Notes under the pieces: generated by a model | The model's database searches: none | Told to the model about the DNA's origin: nothing | The model's input: the letters and a program-made list of their open reading frames with translations, nothing else | Part shown: piece by piece, positions 1-9,435 of the stretch | Numbering within the stretch: the stretch's first letter is position 1 | Layout: every line of letters starts with the position of its first letter | Virus record (IMG/VR): IMGVR_UViG_2526164668_000015 | DNA length: 21,528 nucleotides | Source of the DNA: a virus | Taxonomy: Duplodnaviria; Heunggongvirae; Uroviricota; Caudoviricetes | Reading direction: 5' to 3' (one strand) | Program-made: the position numbers and the translations under genes

Positions 1-202
1 TACTGATAAGTTCCAGATCCTCCTGGCAACTTGCACAAGTCCGACAACCCTGAACGACCAGGCGTCTTCGTTCATCTATGGGATCGCCACACTCACAACA
101 ATGAGTGGCGGATATAGTCTGGTAGTTCAGACGACGCATTTTTATTGCTGTATTGCGCTGTAATTCTTCAATTTCTGATGCTGAATCAATGATGTCCGCC
201 AT
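1..202 (-). CDS. DksA/TraR-family C4 zinc-finger protein (lambda Orf73-like); 3' end lies outside the window
   Basis: Minus-strand ORF starting at ATG 202..200, translating MADIIDSASEIEELQRNTAIKMRRLNYQTISATHCCECGDPIDERRRLVVQGCRTCASCQEDLELIS. It contains two CxxC pairs typical of TraR/DksA zinc ribbons. The ORF runs off the window edge. Confidence 0.6.
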   Translation of the reverse strand, partial: MADIIDSASEIEELQRNTAIKMRRLNYQTISATHCCECGDPIDERRRLVVQGCRTCASCQEDLELIS

Positions 203-429
203 CTTTCATTAATCCCTGAATTGTTGGTTAATACGCTTGAGGGTAAATGCGAATAATAAAAAAGGAGCCTGTAGCTCCCTGATGATTTTGCTTTTCATGT
301 TCACCGTTCCTTAAAAACGCCGTTTAACATGCCGATTGCCAGGCTTAAAATGAGTCGGTGTGAATCCCATCAGCGTTACCGTTTCGCGGTGCTTCTTCAG
401 TACGCTACGGCAAAATGTCATCGACGTTT

Positions 430-615
430 TTATTCCGGAAACTGCTGTCTGGCTTTTTTGATTTCAGAATTAGCCTGACGGGCAATGCTGCGAAGGGCGT
501 TTTCCTGCTGAGGTGTCACTGAACAAGCCCCATGTCGGCAAGCATAAGCACACAGAATATGAAGCCCGCTGCCAGAAAAATGCATTCAGTGGTTGTCATA
601 CCTGGTCTCTTTCAT
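430..615 (-). pseudogene. lambda orf61-like reading frame with an in-frame TGA at codon 10
   Basis: ATG at 615 gives MKETRYDNH, then TGA, then the same frame continues MHFSGSGLHILCAYACRHGACSVTPQQENALRSIARQANSEIKKARQQFPE to TAA at 430. The total of 61 codons matches lambda orf61 length and position relative to orf63. The stop is seen directly in the sequence. Confidence 0.4.
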
Positions 616-787
616 CTGCTTCTGCTTTCGCCACCATCATTTCCAGCTTTTGTGAAAGGGATGTGGCTAACGTATGAAATTCTTCGTCTGTTTCTACTGG
701 TATTGGCACAAACCTGACTCCAATTTGAGCAAGGCTATGTGCCATCTCAATACTCGTTCTTAACTCAACAGGAGATGCTTTGTGCAT
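596..787 (-). CDS. lambda Orf63-like small protein
   Basis: 63-aa ORF at the position and length of lambda orf63, downstream of exo in the pL operon. It overlaps orf60a and orf61 as in lambda. Confidence 0.65.
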   Translation of the reverse strand: MHKASPVELRTSIEMAHSLAQIGVRFVPIPVETDEEFHTLATSLSQKLEMMVAKAEADERDQV

Positions 788-942
788 ACCGCCTCCCGTT
801 TATTATTTATCTTCTCAGCCAGCCGCTGTGCTTTCAGTGGATTTCTGATAACAGAAAGGCCGGGAAATACCCAGCCTCGCTTTGTAACGGAGTAGACGAA
901 AGTGATCGCGCCTACCCGGATATTATCGTGAGGATGCGTCAT
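760..942 (-). CDS. lambda Orf60a-like small protein
   Basis: ORF immediately downstream of exo on the minus strand, 60 aa from the second in-frame Met. Position and length are as in lambda. Confidence 0.6.
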   Translation of the reverse strand: MTHPHDNIRVGAITFVYSVTKRGWVFPGLSVIRNPLKAQRLAEKINNKREAVCTKHLLLS

Positions 943-1619
943 CGCCATTGCTCCCCAAATACAAAACCAATTTCAGCCAGTGCCTCGTCCATTTTTTCGA
1001 TGAACTCCGGCACCATCTCGTCAAAACTCGCCATGTACTTTTCATTCCGCTCAATCACGACATAATGCAGTCCTTCACGCTTCATACGCGGGTCATAGTT
1101 GGCAAAGTACCAGGCATCTTTTCGTGTCACCCACATGCTGTACTGCACCTGGGCCATGTAGGCCGATTTTATGGCCTCGAAACCACCGAGCCGGAATTTC
1201 ATGAAATCCCGGGAGGTAAACGGGCATTTCAGTTCAAGGCCGTTGCCGTCACTGCATAAACCATCCGGAGAGCAGGCGGTGCGCATACTTTCGTCGCGAT
1301 AGATGATCGGGGATTCAGTAACATTCACGCCGGAAGTAAACTCAAACAGGGCTCTGGCGTCGTTTTCGTACTGTTTTCCCCAGGCCAGCGCTTTAGCGTT
1401 AACTTCCGGAGCCACACCGGTGCAAACCTCAGCAAGCAGGGTGTGGAAGTAGGACATTTTCATGTCAGGCCACTTTTTTCCGGAGCGGGGTTTTGCTATT
1501 ACATTATGAACTTCTGACGCTGTGATGACACCGAGCCGTAATTTGTGCCACGCATCATCCCCCTGTTCGACAGCTCTCACGTCGATCCCGGTACGCTGCA
1601 GGATAATGTCCGGTGTCAT
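939..1619 (-). CDS. exo: lambda exonuclease (Red-alpha, 5'-3' dsDNA exonuclease)
   Basis: 226-aa translation [65 protein letters not shown]... ending ...[11 protein letters not shown] matches lambda Exo in length and sequence as recalled. Confidence 0.97.
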   Translation of the reverse strand: MTPDIILQRTGIDVRAVEQGDDAWHKLRLGVITASEVHNVIAKPRSGKKWPDMKMSYFHTLLAEVCTGVAPEVNAKALAWGKQYENDARALFEFTSGVNVTESPIIYRDESMRTACSPDGLCSDGNGLELKCPFTSRDFMKFRLGGFEAIKSAYMAQVQYSMWVTRKDAWYFANYDPRMKREGLHYVVIERNEKYMASFDEMVPEFIEKMDEALAEIGFVFGEQWR

Positions 1620-2403
1620 GCTGCCACCTTCTGCTCTGCGGCTTTCTGTTTCAGGAATCCAAGAGCTTTCACTGCTTCGGCCTGTGTCAGTTCTGACGAT
1701 GCGCGAATGTCGCGGCGAAATATCTGGGAACAGAGCGGCAATAAGTCGTCATCCCATGTTTTATCCAGGGCGATCAGCAGAGTGTTAATCTCCTGCATGG
1801 TTTCATCGTTTACCGGAGTGATGTCGCGTTCCGGCTGGCGTTTCTGCAGTGTATGCAGTATTTTTCGACAATGCGCTCGGCTTCATCCTTGTCATAGATA
1901 CCAGCAAATCCGAAGGCCAGACGGGCACACTGAATCATAGCTTTATGCCGTAACATCCGTTTAGGATGCGACTGCCACGGCCCCGTGATTTCTCTGCCTT
2001 CGCGGGTTTTGAATGGTTCGCGGCGGCATTCATCCATCCATTCGGTAACGCAGATCGGATGATTACGGTCCTTGCGGTAAATCCGGCATGTACAGGATTC
2101 ATTGTCCTGCTCAAAGTCCATGCCATCAAACTGCTGGTTTTCATTGATGATGCGGGACCAGCCATCAACGCCCACCACCGGAACGATGCCGTTCTGCTTA
2201 TCAGGGAAGGCGTAAATTTCTTTCGTCCACGGATTAAGGCCGTACTGGTTGGCGACGATCAACAATGCGATGAACTGCGCATCGCTGGCATCGCCTTTAA
2301 ATGCCGTCTGGCGAAGAGTGGTGATCAGTTCCTGTGGGTCGACAGAATCCATGCCGACACGTTCAGCCAGCTTCCCTGCCAGCGTTGCGAGTGCTGTACT
2401 CAT
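1616..2403 (-). pseudogene. bet: bet (Red-beta single-strand annealing protein) disrupted by frameshift
   Basis: The N-terminal 187 aa (MSTALATLAGKLAERVGMDSV...DKDEAERIVE) match lambda Bet, then the frame changes to KYCIHCRNASRNATSLR-stop. The Bet C-terminus ([18 protein letters not shown]...[11 protein letters not shown]) continues in another frame at 1616..1798. Two extra A residues relative to the lambda codons, in the runs gtcgaaaaatact and gcagaaacgcc near 1830-1860, account for the net +2 shift. Confidence 0.9.
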
Positions 2404-2408
2404 CCGTT

Positions 2409-2825
2409 TTATACCTCTGAATCAATATCAACCTGATGGTGAGCAATGGTTTCAACCATGTACCGGATGTGTTCTGCCATGCGCTCCTGAAACTCAACAT
2501 CGTCATCAAACGCACGGGTAATGGCTTTTTTGCTGGCCCCGTGGCGTTGCAAATGACCGATGCATAGCGATTCAAACAGGTGCTGGGGCAGGCCTTTTTC
2601 CATGTCGTCTGCCAGTTCTGCCTCTTTCTCTTCACGGGCTATCTGCTGGTAGTGACGCGCCCAGCTCTGAGCCTCAAGACGATCCTGAATGTAATAAGCG
2701 TTCATGGCCGAACTCCTGAAATAGCTGTGAAAATATCGCCCGCGAAATGCCGGGCTGATTAGGAAAACAGGAAAGGGGGTTAGTGAATGCTTTTGCTTGA
2801 TCTCAGTTTCAGTATTAATATCCAT
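2409..2825 (-). CDS. gam: Gam, RecBCD inhibitor
   Basis: 138-aa translation [61 protein letters not shown]... matches lambda Gam. Confidence 0.97.
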   Translation of the reverse strand: MDINTETEIKQKHSLTPFPVFLISPAFRGRYFHSYFRSSAMNAYYIQDRLEAQSWARHYQQIAREEKEAELADDMEKGLPQHLFESLCIGHLQRHGASKKAITRAFDDDVEFQERMAEHIRYMVETIAHHQVDIDSEV

Positions 2826-2923
2826 TTTTTATAAGCGTCGACGGCCTCACGAAACATCTTTTCATCGCCAATAAAAGTGGCGATAGTGAATTTAGTCTGG
2901 ATAGCCATAATTGTTTGATCCAT
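2780..2923 (-). CDS. kil: Kil (host killing, FtsZ-targeting) protein
   Basis: 47-codon [50 protein letters not shown], overlapping gam and cIII as in lambda. Confidence 0.85.
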   Translation of the reverse strand: MDQTIMAIQTKFTIATFIGDEKMFREAVDAYKKWILILKLRSSKSIH

Positions 2924-3056
2924 TTTTTTGGACTCCTGGCTGATTAAGTATGTCGATAAGGCGTTTCCATCCGTCACGTAATTTACGGGTGATTCGTTCA
3001 AGTAAAGATTCGGAAGGGCAGCCAGCAACAGGCCACCCTGCAATGGCATATTGCAT
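2892..3056 (-). CDS. cIII: CIII, FtsH protease inhibitor that stabilises CII
   Basis: 54-aa translation [54 protein letters not shown] from ATG at 3056. This is below the 60-aa ORF-track cutoff and was found by hand. Confidence 0.9.
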   Translation of the reverse strand: MQYAIAGWPVAGCPSESLLERITRKLRDGWKRLIDILNQPGVQKNGSNNYGYPD

Positions 3057-3128
3057 GGTGTGCTCCTTATTTATACATAACGAAAAACGCCTCGAGTGAA
3101 GCGTAATTGGTATGCGGTAACGCCGCGC

Positions 3129-3497
3129 TCAGGCGGCCTTGATAGTCATATCATCTGAATCAAATATTCCTGATGTATCGATATCGGTAATTCTTATTCC
3201 TTCACTACCATCCATTGGAGGCCATCCTTCCTGACCATTTCCATCATTCCAGTCGAACTCACACACAACACCATATGCATTTAAGTCGCTTGAAATTGCT
3301 ATAAGCAGAGCATGTTGCGCCAGCATGATTAATACAGCATTTAATACAGAGCCGTGTTTATTGAGTCGGTATTCAGAGTCTGACCAGAAATTATTAATCT
3401 GGTGAAGTTTTTCCTCTGTCATTACGTCATGGTCGATTTCAATTTCTATTGATGCTTTCCAGTCGTAATCAATGATGTATTTTTTGATGTTTGACAT
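3129..3497 (-). CDS. ea10: Ea10 (Ssb-like early protein)
   Basis: 122-aa ORF MSNIKKYIIDYDWKASIEIEIDHDVMTEEKLHQINNFW... at the lambda ea10 position between cIII and the N-proximal region. Confidence 0.88.
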   Translation of the reverse strand: MSNIKKYIIDYDWKASIEIEIDHDVMTEEKLHQINNFWSDSEYRLNKHGSVLNAVLIMLAQHALLIAISSDLNAYGVVCEFDWNDGNGQEGWPPMDGSEGIRITDIDTSGIFDSDDMTIKAA

Positions 3498-3514
3498 CTG
3501 TTCATATCCTCACA

Positions 3515-3543
3515 GATAAAAAATCGCCCTCATCTTGGAGGGC
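3515..3543 (-). terminator. candidate intrinsic terminator (minus-strand tL-type) upstream of ea10
   Basis: On the minus strand GCCCTC-caagat-GAGGGC is followed by GATTTTTTAT: a 6-bp GC stem, 6-nt loop and U6 tract. Confidence 0.4.
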
Positions 3544-3685
3544 AAAGAAGATTTCCAATAATCAGAACAAGTCGGCTCCTGTTTAGTTACGAGCGACATT
3601 GCTCCGTGTATTCACTCGTTGGAATGAATACACAGCGCTGTGTTTATTCTGTTGTTTGCGTGAAAATGAAATCCGCCTGAGCGGG

Positions 3686-4567
3686 TTATGACCACTTTTT
3701 GTTTGGGTTTCGTTGGTGAGCGTGGTTTACAGGATTATTTGATATACCCCATAACTCTGACTCGCTTATCTCTACACGAGAGAAAGACCTGCTTTCTTTC
3801 AGTTCTTTTATAAACCTAGAACCTAAGATGACATCTATTGTACCAGAAAGTTCTTGTAAAAGATCTATGTTTTTTCTGAGGAAGAAAATATCTTCTTTAT
3901 ATTTAATTTTTACATAGAATTTATTCTGTATTTTTAATATATCAAAGCATGGCAGATATCTATATCCCTCATATTTTCGCCACTGCTTAACAATTATAAC
4001 ATCTTTTTCATTTACTGCATTAATCAGCCCAAGACCAAGTACAGGTATGAATATTCTATTGTCTGCCGAAAGCGTACAATTATCACCACCAGGCAAATAT
4101 GTATAAATCATGTCGGAATTTTTATACGCATCAACGAATGCACGTAAGAAGCGTACATATTTTTGCCATCCGTTTATACCGAATTTACCATATAAGTATT
4201 CTTTATTTGTTAGAAGAAAACTATTTGTATCAGGATCCTTATCTACAGACCTGTCGATAAGATCTCCAACTACGTTTACAAAGTCAAAGACAGAGTTTAA
4301 TAAGAACAATTGTCTTTCAGTAGGGCGAATTTCAATTATGTAGCCAGGATGAAGACGATATTGCATCTGCTTACGAAGTATACCGAACGCTTGGGTCCGA
4401 GCATCTGAAAGCAACTTCTTGTCGCCATCGCCGTGAGCATTGTTTCTAATAAAACTGATATAATTTGCTAATTTTTCAGCCTCTTTTTTGTGTTTTTTTC
4501 GCTCTGATGCTGAGTCTATTGGTTTTGGTATGGACTTGTAATCAATCTTCTTCATTACGTACCTCAT
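3686..4567 (-). CDS. hypothetical 293-aa protein, AT-rich, translationally coupled to N; function unknown
   Basis: Long minus-strand ORF whose ATG (4567..4565) overlaps the N stop codon (4566..4564) in an ATGA arrangement. It occupies the lambda ral/sieB interval between N and ea10, but the translation (MRYVMKKIDYKSIPKPIDSASERKKHKKEAEKLANYISFIRNN...) resembles neither. Base composition is visibly more AT-rich than the flanking lambda-like genes. Confidence 0.8.
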   Translation of the reverse strand: MRYVMKKIDYKSIPKPIDSASERKKHKKEAEKLANYISFIRNNAHGDGDKKLLSDARTQAFGILRKQMQYRLHPGYIIEIRPTERQLFLLNSVFDFVNVVGDLIDRSVDKDPDTNSFLLTNKEYLYGKFGINGWQKYVRFLRAFVDAYKNSDMIYTYLPGGDNCTLSADNRIFIPVLGLGLINAVNEKDVIIVKQWRKYEGYRYLPCFDILKIQNKFYVKIKYKEDIFFLRKNIDLLQELSGTIDVILGSRFIKELKESRSFSRVEISESELWGISNNPVNHAHQRNPNKKWS

Positions 4568-4887
4568 GCCAATGGAATGGATTCCCCTTTAACCTTTTGT
4601 CTTCCTTGACAAGTTATACCGAACTCACCTGGCTTGCTATACCAAACTCGATGATTCTTGCGCTCAATACGTTGCAGGTTGCTTTCAATCTGTTCGTGGT
4701 ATTCAGCCAGCACCGTAAGGTCTATCGGATTCAGTGCGCTTTCTACTCGTGATTTCGGTTTGCGATTCAGCGAGAGAATAGGGCGGTTAACTGGTTTAGC
4801 GCTTACCCCAACCAACAGGGGATTTGCTGCTTTCCATTGAGCCTGTTTCTCTGCGCGACGTTCGCGGCGGCGTGTTTGTGCATCCAT
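4564..4887 (-). CDS. N: N transcription antiterminator
   Basis: 107-aa translation from ATG 4887: MDAQTRRRERRAEKQAQWKAANPLLVGVSAKPVNRPILSLNRKPKSRVESALNPIDLTVLAEYHEQIESNLQRIERKNHRVWYSKPGEFGITCQGRQKVKGESIPLA. The N-terminal arginine-rich motif matches lambda N as recalled; the C-terminal third carries several substitutions. Confidence 0.95.
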   Translation of the reverse strand: MDAQTRRRERRAEKQAQWKAANPLLVGVSAKPVNRPILSLNRKPKSRVESALNPIDLTVLAEYHEQIESNLQRIERKNHRVWYSKPGEFGITCQGRQKVKGESIPLA

Positions 4888-5044
4888 CTGGATTCTCCTG
4901 TCAGTTAGCTTTGGTTGTGTGTGGGAGTCGTAGTCCTGAACGAAAACACCCCGCAATGGCACATTGGCAGCTAATCCGGATTCGCACTTCCGGCCAATGC
5001 TTCGTTTCGTATCACACACACCAAAGCCTTCTGCTTTGAATGCT

Positions 5045-5075
5045 GCCCTTCTTCAGGGCTTAATTTTTAAGAGCC
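5045..5075 (-). promoter_or_regulatory. nutL (boxA-like plus boxB hairpin)
   Basis: On the minus strand: GGCTCTTAAAAATTAAGCCCTGAAGAAGGGC. BoxB GCCCTGAAGAAGGGC is the exact lambda nutL boxB; the boxA-like element reads GGCTCTTA rather than the recalled lambda CGCTCTTA. Confidence 0.75.
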
Positions 5076-5120
5076 TCACCTTCAATGGTGGTCAGTGCGT
5101 CCTGCTGATGGCTTAAAATT

Positions 5121-5188
5121 ACAAGGAAGATTGTATGTTGTAAACAAGAAATATTGTAAAAAGGGGCGTGAAAAACAAACTCCATTGT
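5121..5188. promoter_or_regulatory. oL operators (434-type 14-mers) with pL
   Basis: Three 14-bp sites with ACAA...TTGT ends: ACAAGGAAGATTGT (5121-5134), ACAAGAAATATTGT (5144-5157), ACAAACTCCATTGT (5175-5188). They are of the 434 operator class and sit upstream of the N leader. Confidence 0.85.
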
Positions 5189-5238
5189 TTTTAAACGGAA
5201 AATAGTTTGTTTTTTTGTTATCGAGATTGAGGTGGGGA

Positions 5239-6591
<1,353 letters not shown>

Positions 6592-6599
6592 GACATTCC

Positions 6600-6631
6600 C
6601 GCTCTTACACATCCCAGCCCTGAAAAAGGGC
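6600..6631 (+). promoter_or_regulatory. nutR (boxA CGCTCTTAC plus boxB GCCCTGAAAAAGGGC)
   Basis: Exact lambda nutR boxA (6600-6608) and boxB hairpin (6617-6631) lie between cro and cII. Confidence 0.85.
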
Positions 6632-6710
6632 ATCAAAATAAACCACACCTATGGTGTATGCATTTATTTGCATACATTCAATCAATTGTTATCTAAGGAA
6701 ATACTTACAT

Positions 6711-7004
6711 ATGGTTCGTGCAAACAAACGCAACGAGGCTCTACGAATCGAGAGTGCGTTGCTTAACAAAATCGCAATGCTTGGAACTGAGAAGACAGCG
6801 GAAGCTGTGGGAGTTGATAAGTCGCAGATCAGCAGGTGGAAGAGGGATTGGATTCCAAAGTTCTCAATGCTGCTTGCTGTTCTTGAATGGGGTGTCGTCG
6901 ACGACGACATGGCTCGATTGGCACGACAAGTTGCTTCGATTCTCACCAATAAAAAACGCCCGGCGGCAACCGAGCGTTCTGAACAAATCCAGATGGAATT
7001 CTGA
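6711..7004 (+). CDS. cII: CII transcriptional activator
   Basis: 97-aa translation MVRANKRNEALRIESALLNKIAMLGTEKTAEAVGVDKSQISRWKRDWIPKFSMLLAVLEWGVVDDDMARLARQVASILTNKKRPAATERSEQIQMEF matches lambda CII. Confidence 0.95.
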   Translation: MVRANKRNEALRIESALLNKIAMLGTEKTAEAVGVDKSQISRWKRDWIPKFSMLLAVLEWGVVDDDMARLARQVASILTNKKRPAATERSEQIQMEF

Positions 7005-7026
7005 GGTTATTACTGGAACTATCAAC
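6950..7026 (-). ncRNA. oop: oop antisense RNA (overlaps 3' end of cII)
   Basis: Minus strand GTTGATAGTTCCAGTAATAACCTCAGAATTCCATCTGGATTTGTTCAGAACGCTCGGTTGCCGCCGGGCGTTTTTTATT matches the recalled lambda oop RNA with a few substitutions. It ends in a GC-rich hairpin plus U-tract. Confidence 0.7.
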
Positions 7027-7036
7027 AGGAGTCATT

Positions 7037-7936
7037 ATGACAAATACAGCAAAAATACTCAACTTCGGCAGAGGTAACTTTGCCGGACAGGAGCGTAATG
7101 TGGCAGATCTCGATGATGGTTACGCCAGACTATCAAATATGCTGCTTGAGGCTTATTCAGGCGCAGATCTGACCAAGCGACAGTTTAAAGTGCTGCTTGC
7201 CATTCTGCGTAAAACCTATGGGTGGAATAAACCAATGGACAGAATCACCGATTCTCAACTTAGCGAGATTACAAAGTTACCTGTCAAACGGTGCAATGAA
7301 GCCAAGTTAGAACTCGTCAGAATGAATATTATCAAGCAGCAAGGCGGCATGTTTGGACCAAATAAAAACATCTCAGAATGGTGTATCCCTCAAAACGAGG
7401 GAAAATCCCCTAAAACGAGGGATAAAACATCCCTCAAATTGGGGGATTGCTATCCCTCAAAACAGGGGAACACAAAAGACACTAATACAAAAGAAAATAG
7501 AAAAGATTATTCGTCAGAGAATTCTGGCGAATCCTCTGACCAGCCAGAAAACGACCTTTCTGTGGTGAAACCTGATGCTGCAATTCAGAGCGGCAGCAAA
7601 TGGGGGACAGCAGAAGACCTGACCGCCGCAGAGTGGATGTTTGACATGGTGAAGACTATCGCGCCATCAGCCAGAAAACCGAATTTTGCAGGGTGGGCTA
7701 ACGATATCCGCCTGATGCGTGAACGTGACGGACGTAACCACCGCGATATGTGTGTGCTGTTCCGCTGGGCCTGCCAGGACAACTTCTGGTCCGGTAATGT
7801 GCTGAGCCCGGCCAAACTCCGCGACAAGTGGACCCAGCTCGAAATCAACCGTAACAAGCAACAGGCAGTCGTGACAGCCAGCAAACCAAAACTCGACCTG
7901 ACAAACACAGACTGGATTTACGGGGTGGATTTATGA
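7037..7936 (+). CDS. O: O replication initiator
   Basis: 299-aa translation MTNTAKILNFGRGNFAGQERNVADLDDGYARLSNMLLEAYSGADLTKRQFKVLL... matches lambda O and contains the origin iterons. Confidence 0.97.
   Translation: MTNTAKILNFGRGNFAGQERNVADLDDGYARLSNMLLEAYSGADLTKRQFKVLLAILRKTYGWNKPMDRITDSQLSEITKLPVKRCNEAKLELVRMNIIKQQGGMFGPNKNISEWCIPQNEGKSPKTRDKTSLKLGDCYPSKQGNTKDTNTKENRKDYSSENSGESSDQPENDLSVVKPDAAIQSGSKWGTAEDLTAAEWMFDMVKTIAPSARKPNFAGWANDIRLMRERDGRNHRDMCVLFRWACQDNFWSGNVLSPAKLRDKWTQLEINRNKQQAVVTASKPKLDLTNTDWIYGVDL
7385..7530 (+). repeat. lambda-type origin: four ~18-bp O-binding iterons plus AT-rich unwinding region
   Basis: ATCCCTCAAAACGAGGGA, ATCCCCTAAAACGAGGGA, ATCCCTCAAATTGGGGGA and ATCCCTCAAAACAGGGGA in tandem, followed by an AT-rich stretch, all inside O. 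Confidence 0.85.
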
Positions 7937-8634
7937 AAAACATCGCCGCACAGATGGTTAACTTTGACCGTGAGCAGATGCGTCGGATCGCCAACAACAT
8001 GCCGGAACAGTACGACGAAAAGCCTCAGGTACAGCAGGTAGCGCAGATCATCAACGGTGTGTTCAGCCAGTTACTGGCAACTTTCCCGGCGAGCCTGGCT
8101 AACCGTGACCAGAACGAACTGAACGAAATCCGCCGCCAGTGGGTTCTGGCTTTCCGGGAAAACGGGATCACCACAATGGAACAGGTTAACGCAGGAATGC
8201 GCGTAGCCCGTCGGCAGAATCGACCATTTCTGCCATCACCCGGGCAGTTTGTTGCATGGTGCCGGGAAGAAGCATCCGTTATCGCCGGACTGCCAAACGT
8301 CAGCGAGCTGGTTGATATGGTTTACGAGTATTGCCGGAAGCGAGGCCTGTATCCGGATGCGGAGTCTTATCCGTGGAAATCAAACGCGCACTACTGGCTG
8401 GTTACCAACCTGTATCAGAACATGCGGGCCAATGCGCTTACTGATGCGGAATTACGGCGCAAGGCTGCCGATGAACTGTCCTGTATGACCGCACGAATTA
8501 ACCGTGGTGAGGCTATACCTGAACCAGTAAAACAACTTCCTGTCATGGGCGGTAGACCTCTAAATCGTGCACAGGCTCTGGCGAAGATCGCAGAAATCAA
8601 AGCTAAGTTTGGGCTGAAAGGAGCAAGTGTATGA
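7933..8634 (+). CDS. P: P replication protein (DnaB helicase loader)
   Basis: 233-aa translation MKNIAAQMVNFDREQMRRIANNMPEQYDEKPQVQQVAQIINGVFSQLLATFPAS... matches lambda P. The start overlaps the O stop. Confidence 0.97.
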   Translation: MKNIAAQMVNFDREQMRRIANNMPEQYDEKPQVQQVAQIINGVFSQLLATFPASLANRDQNELNEIRRQWVLAFRENGITTMEQVNAGMRVARRQNRPFLPSPGQFVAWCREEASVIAGLPNVSELVDMVYEYCRKRGLYPDAESYPWKSNAHYWLVTNLYQNMRANALTDAELRRKAADELSCMTARINRGEAIPEPVKQLPVMGGRPLNRAQALAKIAEIKAKFGLKGASV

Positions 8635-8921
8635 CGGGCAAAGAGGCAATTATTCATTACCTGGGGACGCATAATAGCTTCTGTGCGCCGGACGTTGCCG
8701 CGTTAACAGGCGCAACAGTAACCAGCATAAATCAGGCCGCGGCTAAAATGGCACGGGCAGGTCTTCTGGTTATCGAAGGTAAGGTCTGGCGAACGGTGTA
8801 TTACCGGTTCGCTACTAGGGAAGAACGGGAAGGAAAGATGAGCACGAACCTGATTTTTAAGGAGTGTCGCCAGAGTGCCGCGATGAAACGGGTATTGGCG
8901 GTATATGGAGTTAAAAGATGA
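8631..8921 (+). CDS. ren: Ren (protects against Rex exclusion)
   Basis: 96-aa ORF MTGKEAIIHYLGTHNSFCAPDVAALTGATVTSINQAAAKMARAGLLVIEGK... matches lambda Ren and is coupled to P. Confidence 0.9.
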   Translation: MTGKEAIIHYLGTHNSFCAPDVAALTGATVTSINQAAAKMARAGLLVIEGKVWRTVYYRFATREEREGKMSTNLIFKECRQSAAMKRVLAVYGVKR

Positions 8922-8994
8922 CCATCTACATCACTGAGCTAATAACAGGCCTGCTGGTAATCGCAGGCCTTTTTATTTGGGGGAGAGGGAAGTC

Positions 8995-9435
8995 ATGAAA
9001 AAACTAACCTTTGAAATTCGATCTCCAGCACATCAGCAAAACGCTATTCACGCAGTACAGCAAATCCTTCCAGACCCAACCAAACCAATCGTAGTAACCA
9101 TTCAGGAACGCAACCGCAGCTTAGACCAAAACAGGAAGCTATGGGCCTGCTTAGGTGACGTCTCTCGTCAGGTTGAATGGCATGGTCGCTGGCTGGATGC
9201 AGAAAGCTGGAAGTGTGTGTTTACCGCAGCATTAAAGCAGCAGGATGTTGTTCCTAACCTTGCCGGGAATGGCTTTGTGGTAATAGGCCAGCCAACCAGC
9301 AGGATGCGTGTAAGCGAATTTGCGGAGCTATTAGAGCTTATACAGGCATTCGGTACAGAGCGTGGCGTTAAGTGGTCAGACGAAGCGCGACTGGCTCTCG
9401 AATGGAAAGCGCGATGGGGAGATCGGGCTGCATGA
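8995..9435 (+). CDS. ninB: NinB (Orf recombination mediator)
   Basis: 146-aa ORF MKKLTFEIRSPAHQQNAIHAVQQILPDPTKPIVVTIQERNRSLDQNRKLWACLGDV... matches lambda NinB. Confidence 0.9.
   Translation: MKKLTFEIRSPAHQQNAIHAVQQILPDPTKPIVVTIQERNRSLDQNRKLWACLGDVSRQVEWHGRWLDAESWKCVFTAALKQQDVVPNLAGNGFVVIGQPTSRMRVSEFAELLELIQAFGTERGVKWSDEARLALEWKARWGDRAA

Noticed and set aside
311-421. 36-codon minus-strand ORF (MTFCRSVLKKHRETVTLMGFTPTHFKPGNRHVKRRF) downstream of orf61
   Set aside because: Very short, no recognisable homolog recalled, and possibly a remnant of a deleted ea8.5-region gene; insufficient evidence to annotate.
532-1259. Plus-strand ORFs 532..717, 739..1065 and 948..1259
   Set aside because: They are antisense to the well-supported exo, orf60a and orf63 genes and have atypical composition; out-of-frame shadow ORFs.
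1935-2762. ORFs 1935..2168, 1966..2436, 2249..2521, 2363..2635 and 2580..2762
   Set aside because: All overlap bet or gam in alternative frames or on the opposite strand; bet and gam are confidently identified.
3605-3634. Imperfect 9-bp hairpin (GTGTATTCA...TGAATACAC) between ea10 and the 293-aa gene
   Set aside because: No adjacent U-tract on the transcribed strand and no recognisable family; it could be a processing site but the evidence is too thin to call.
7385-7470. Four tandem ~18-bp repeats that could be mistaken for a CRISPR-like array
   Set aside because: They lie inside the O gene and match the lambda origin iterons (O-binding sites); the spacers are only 3-8 bp and there is no repeat-spacer architecture.
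7353-7908. ORFs 7353..7568 (+), 7585..7908 (-) and 7667..7861 (-)
   Set aside because: They are embedded in the O gene in alternative frames or antisense.
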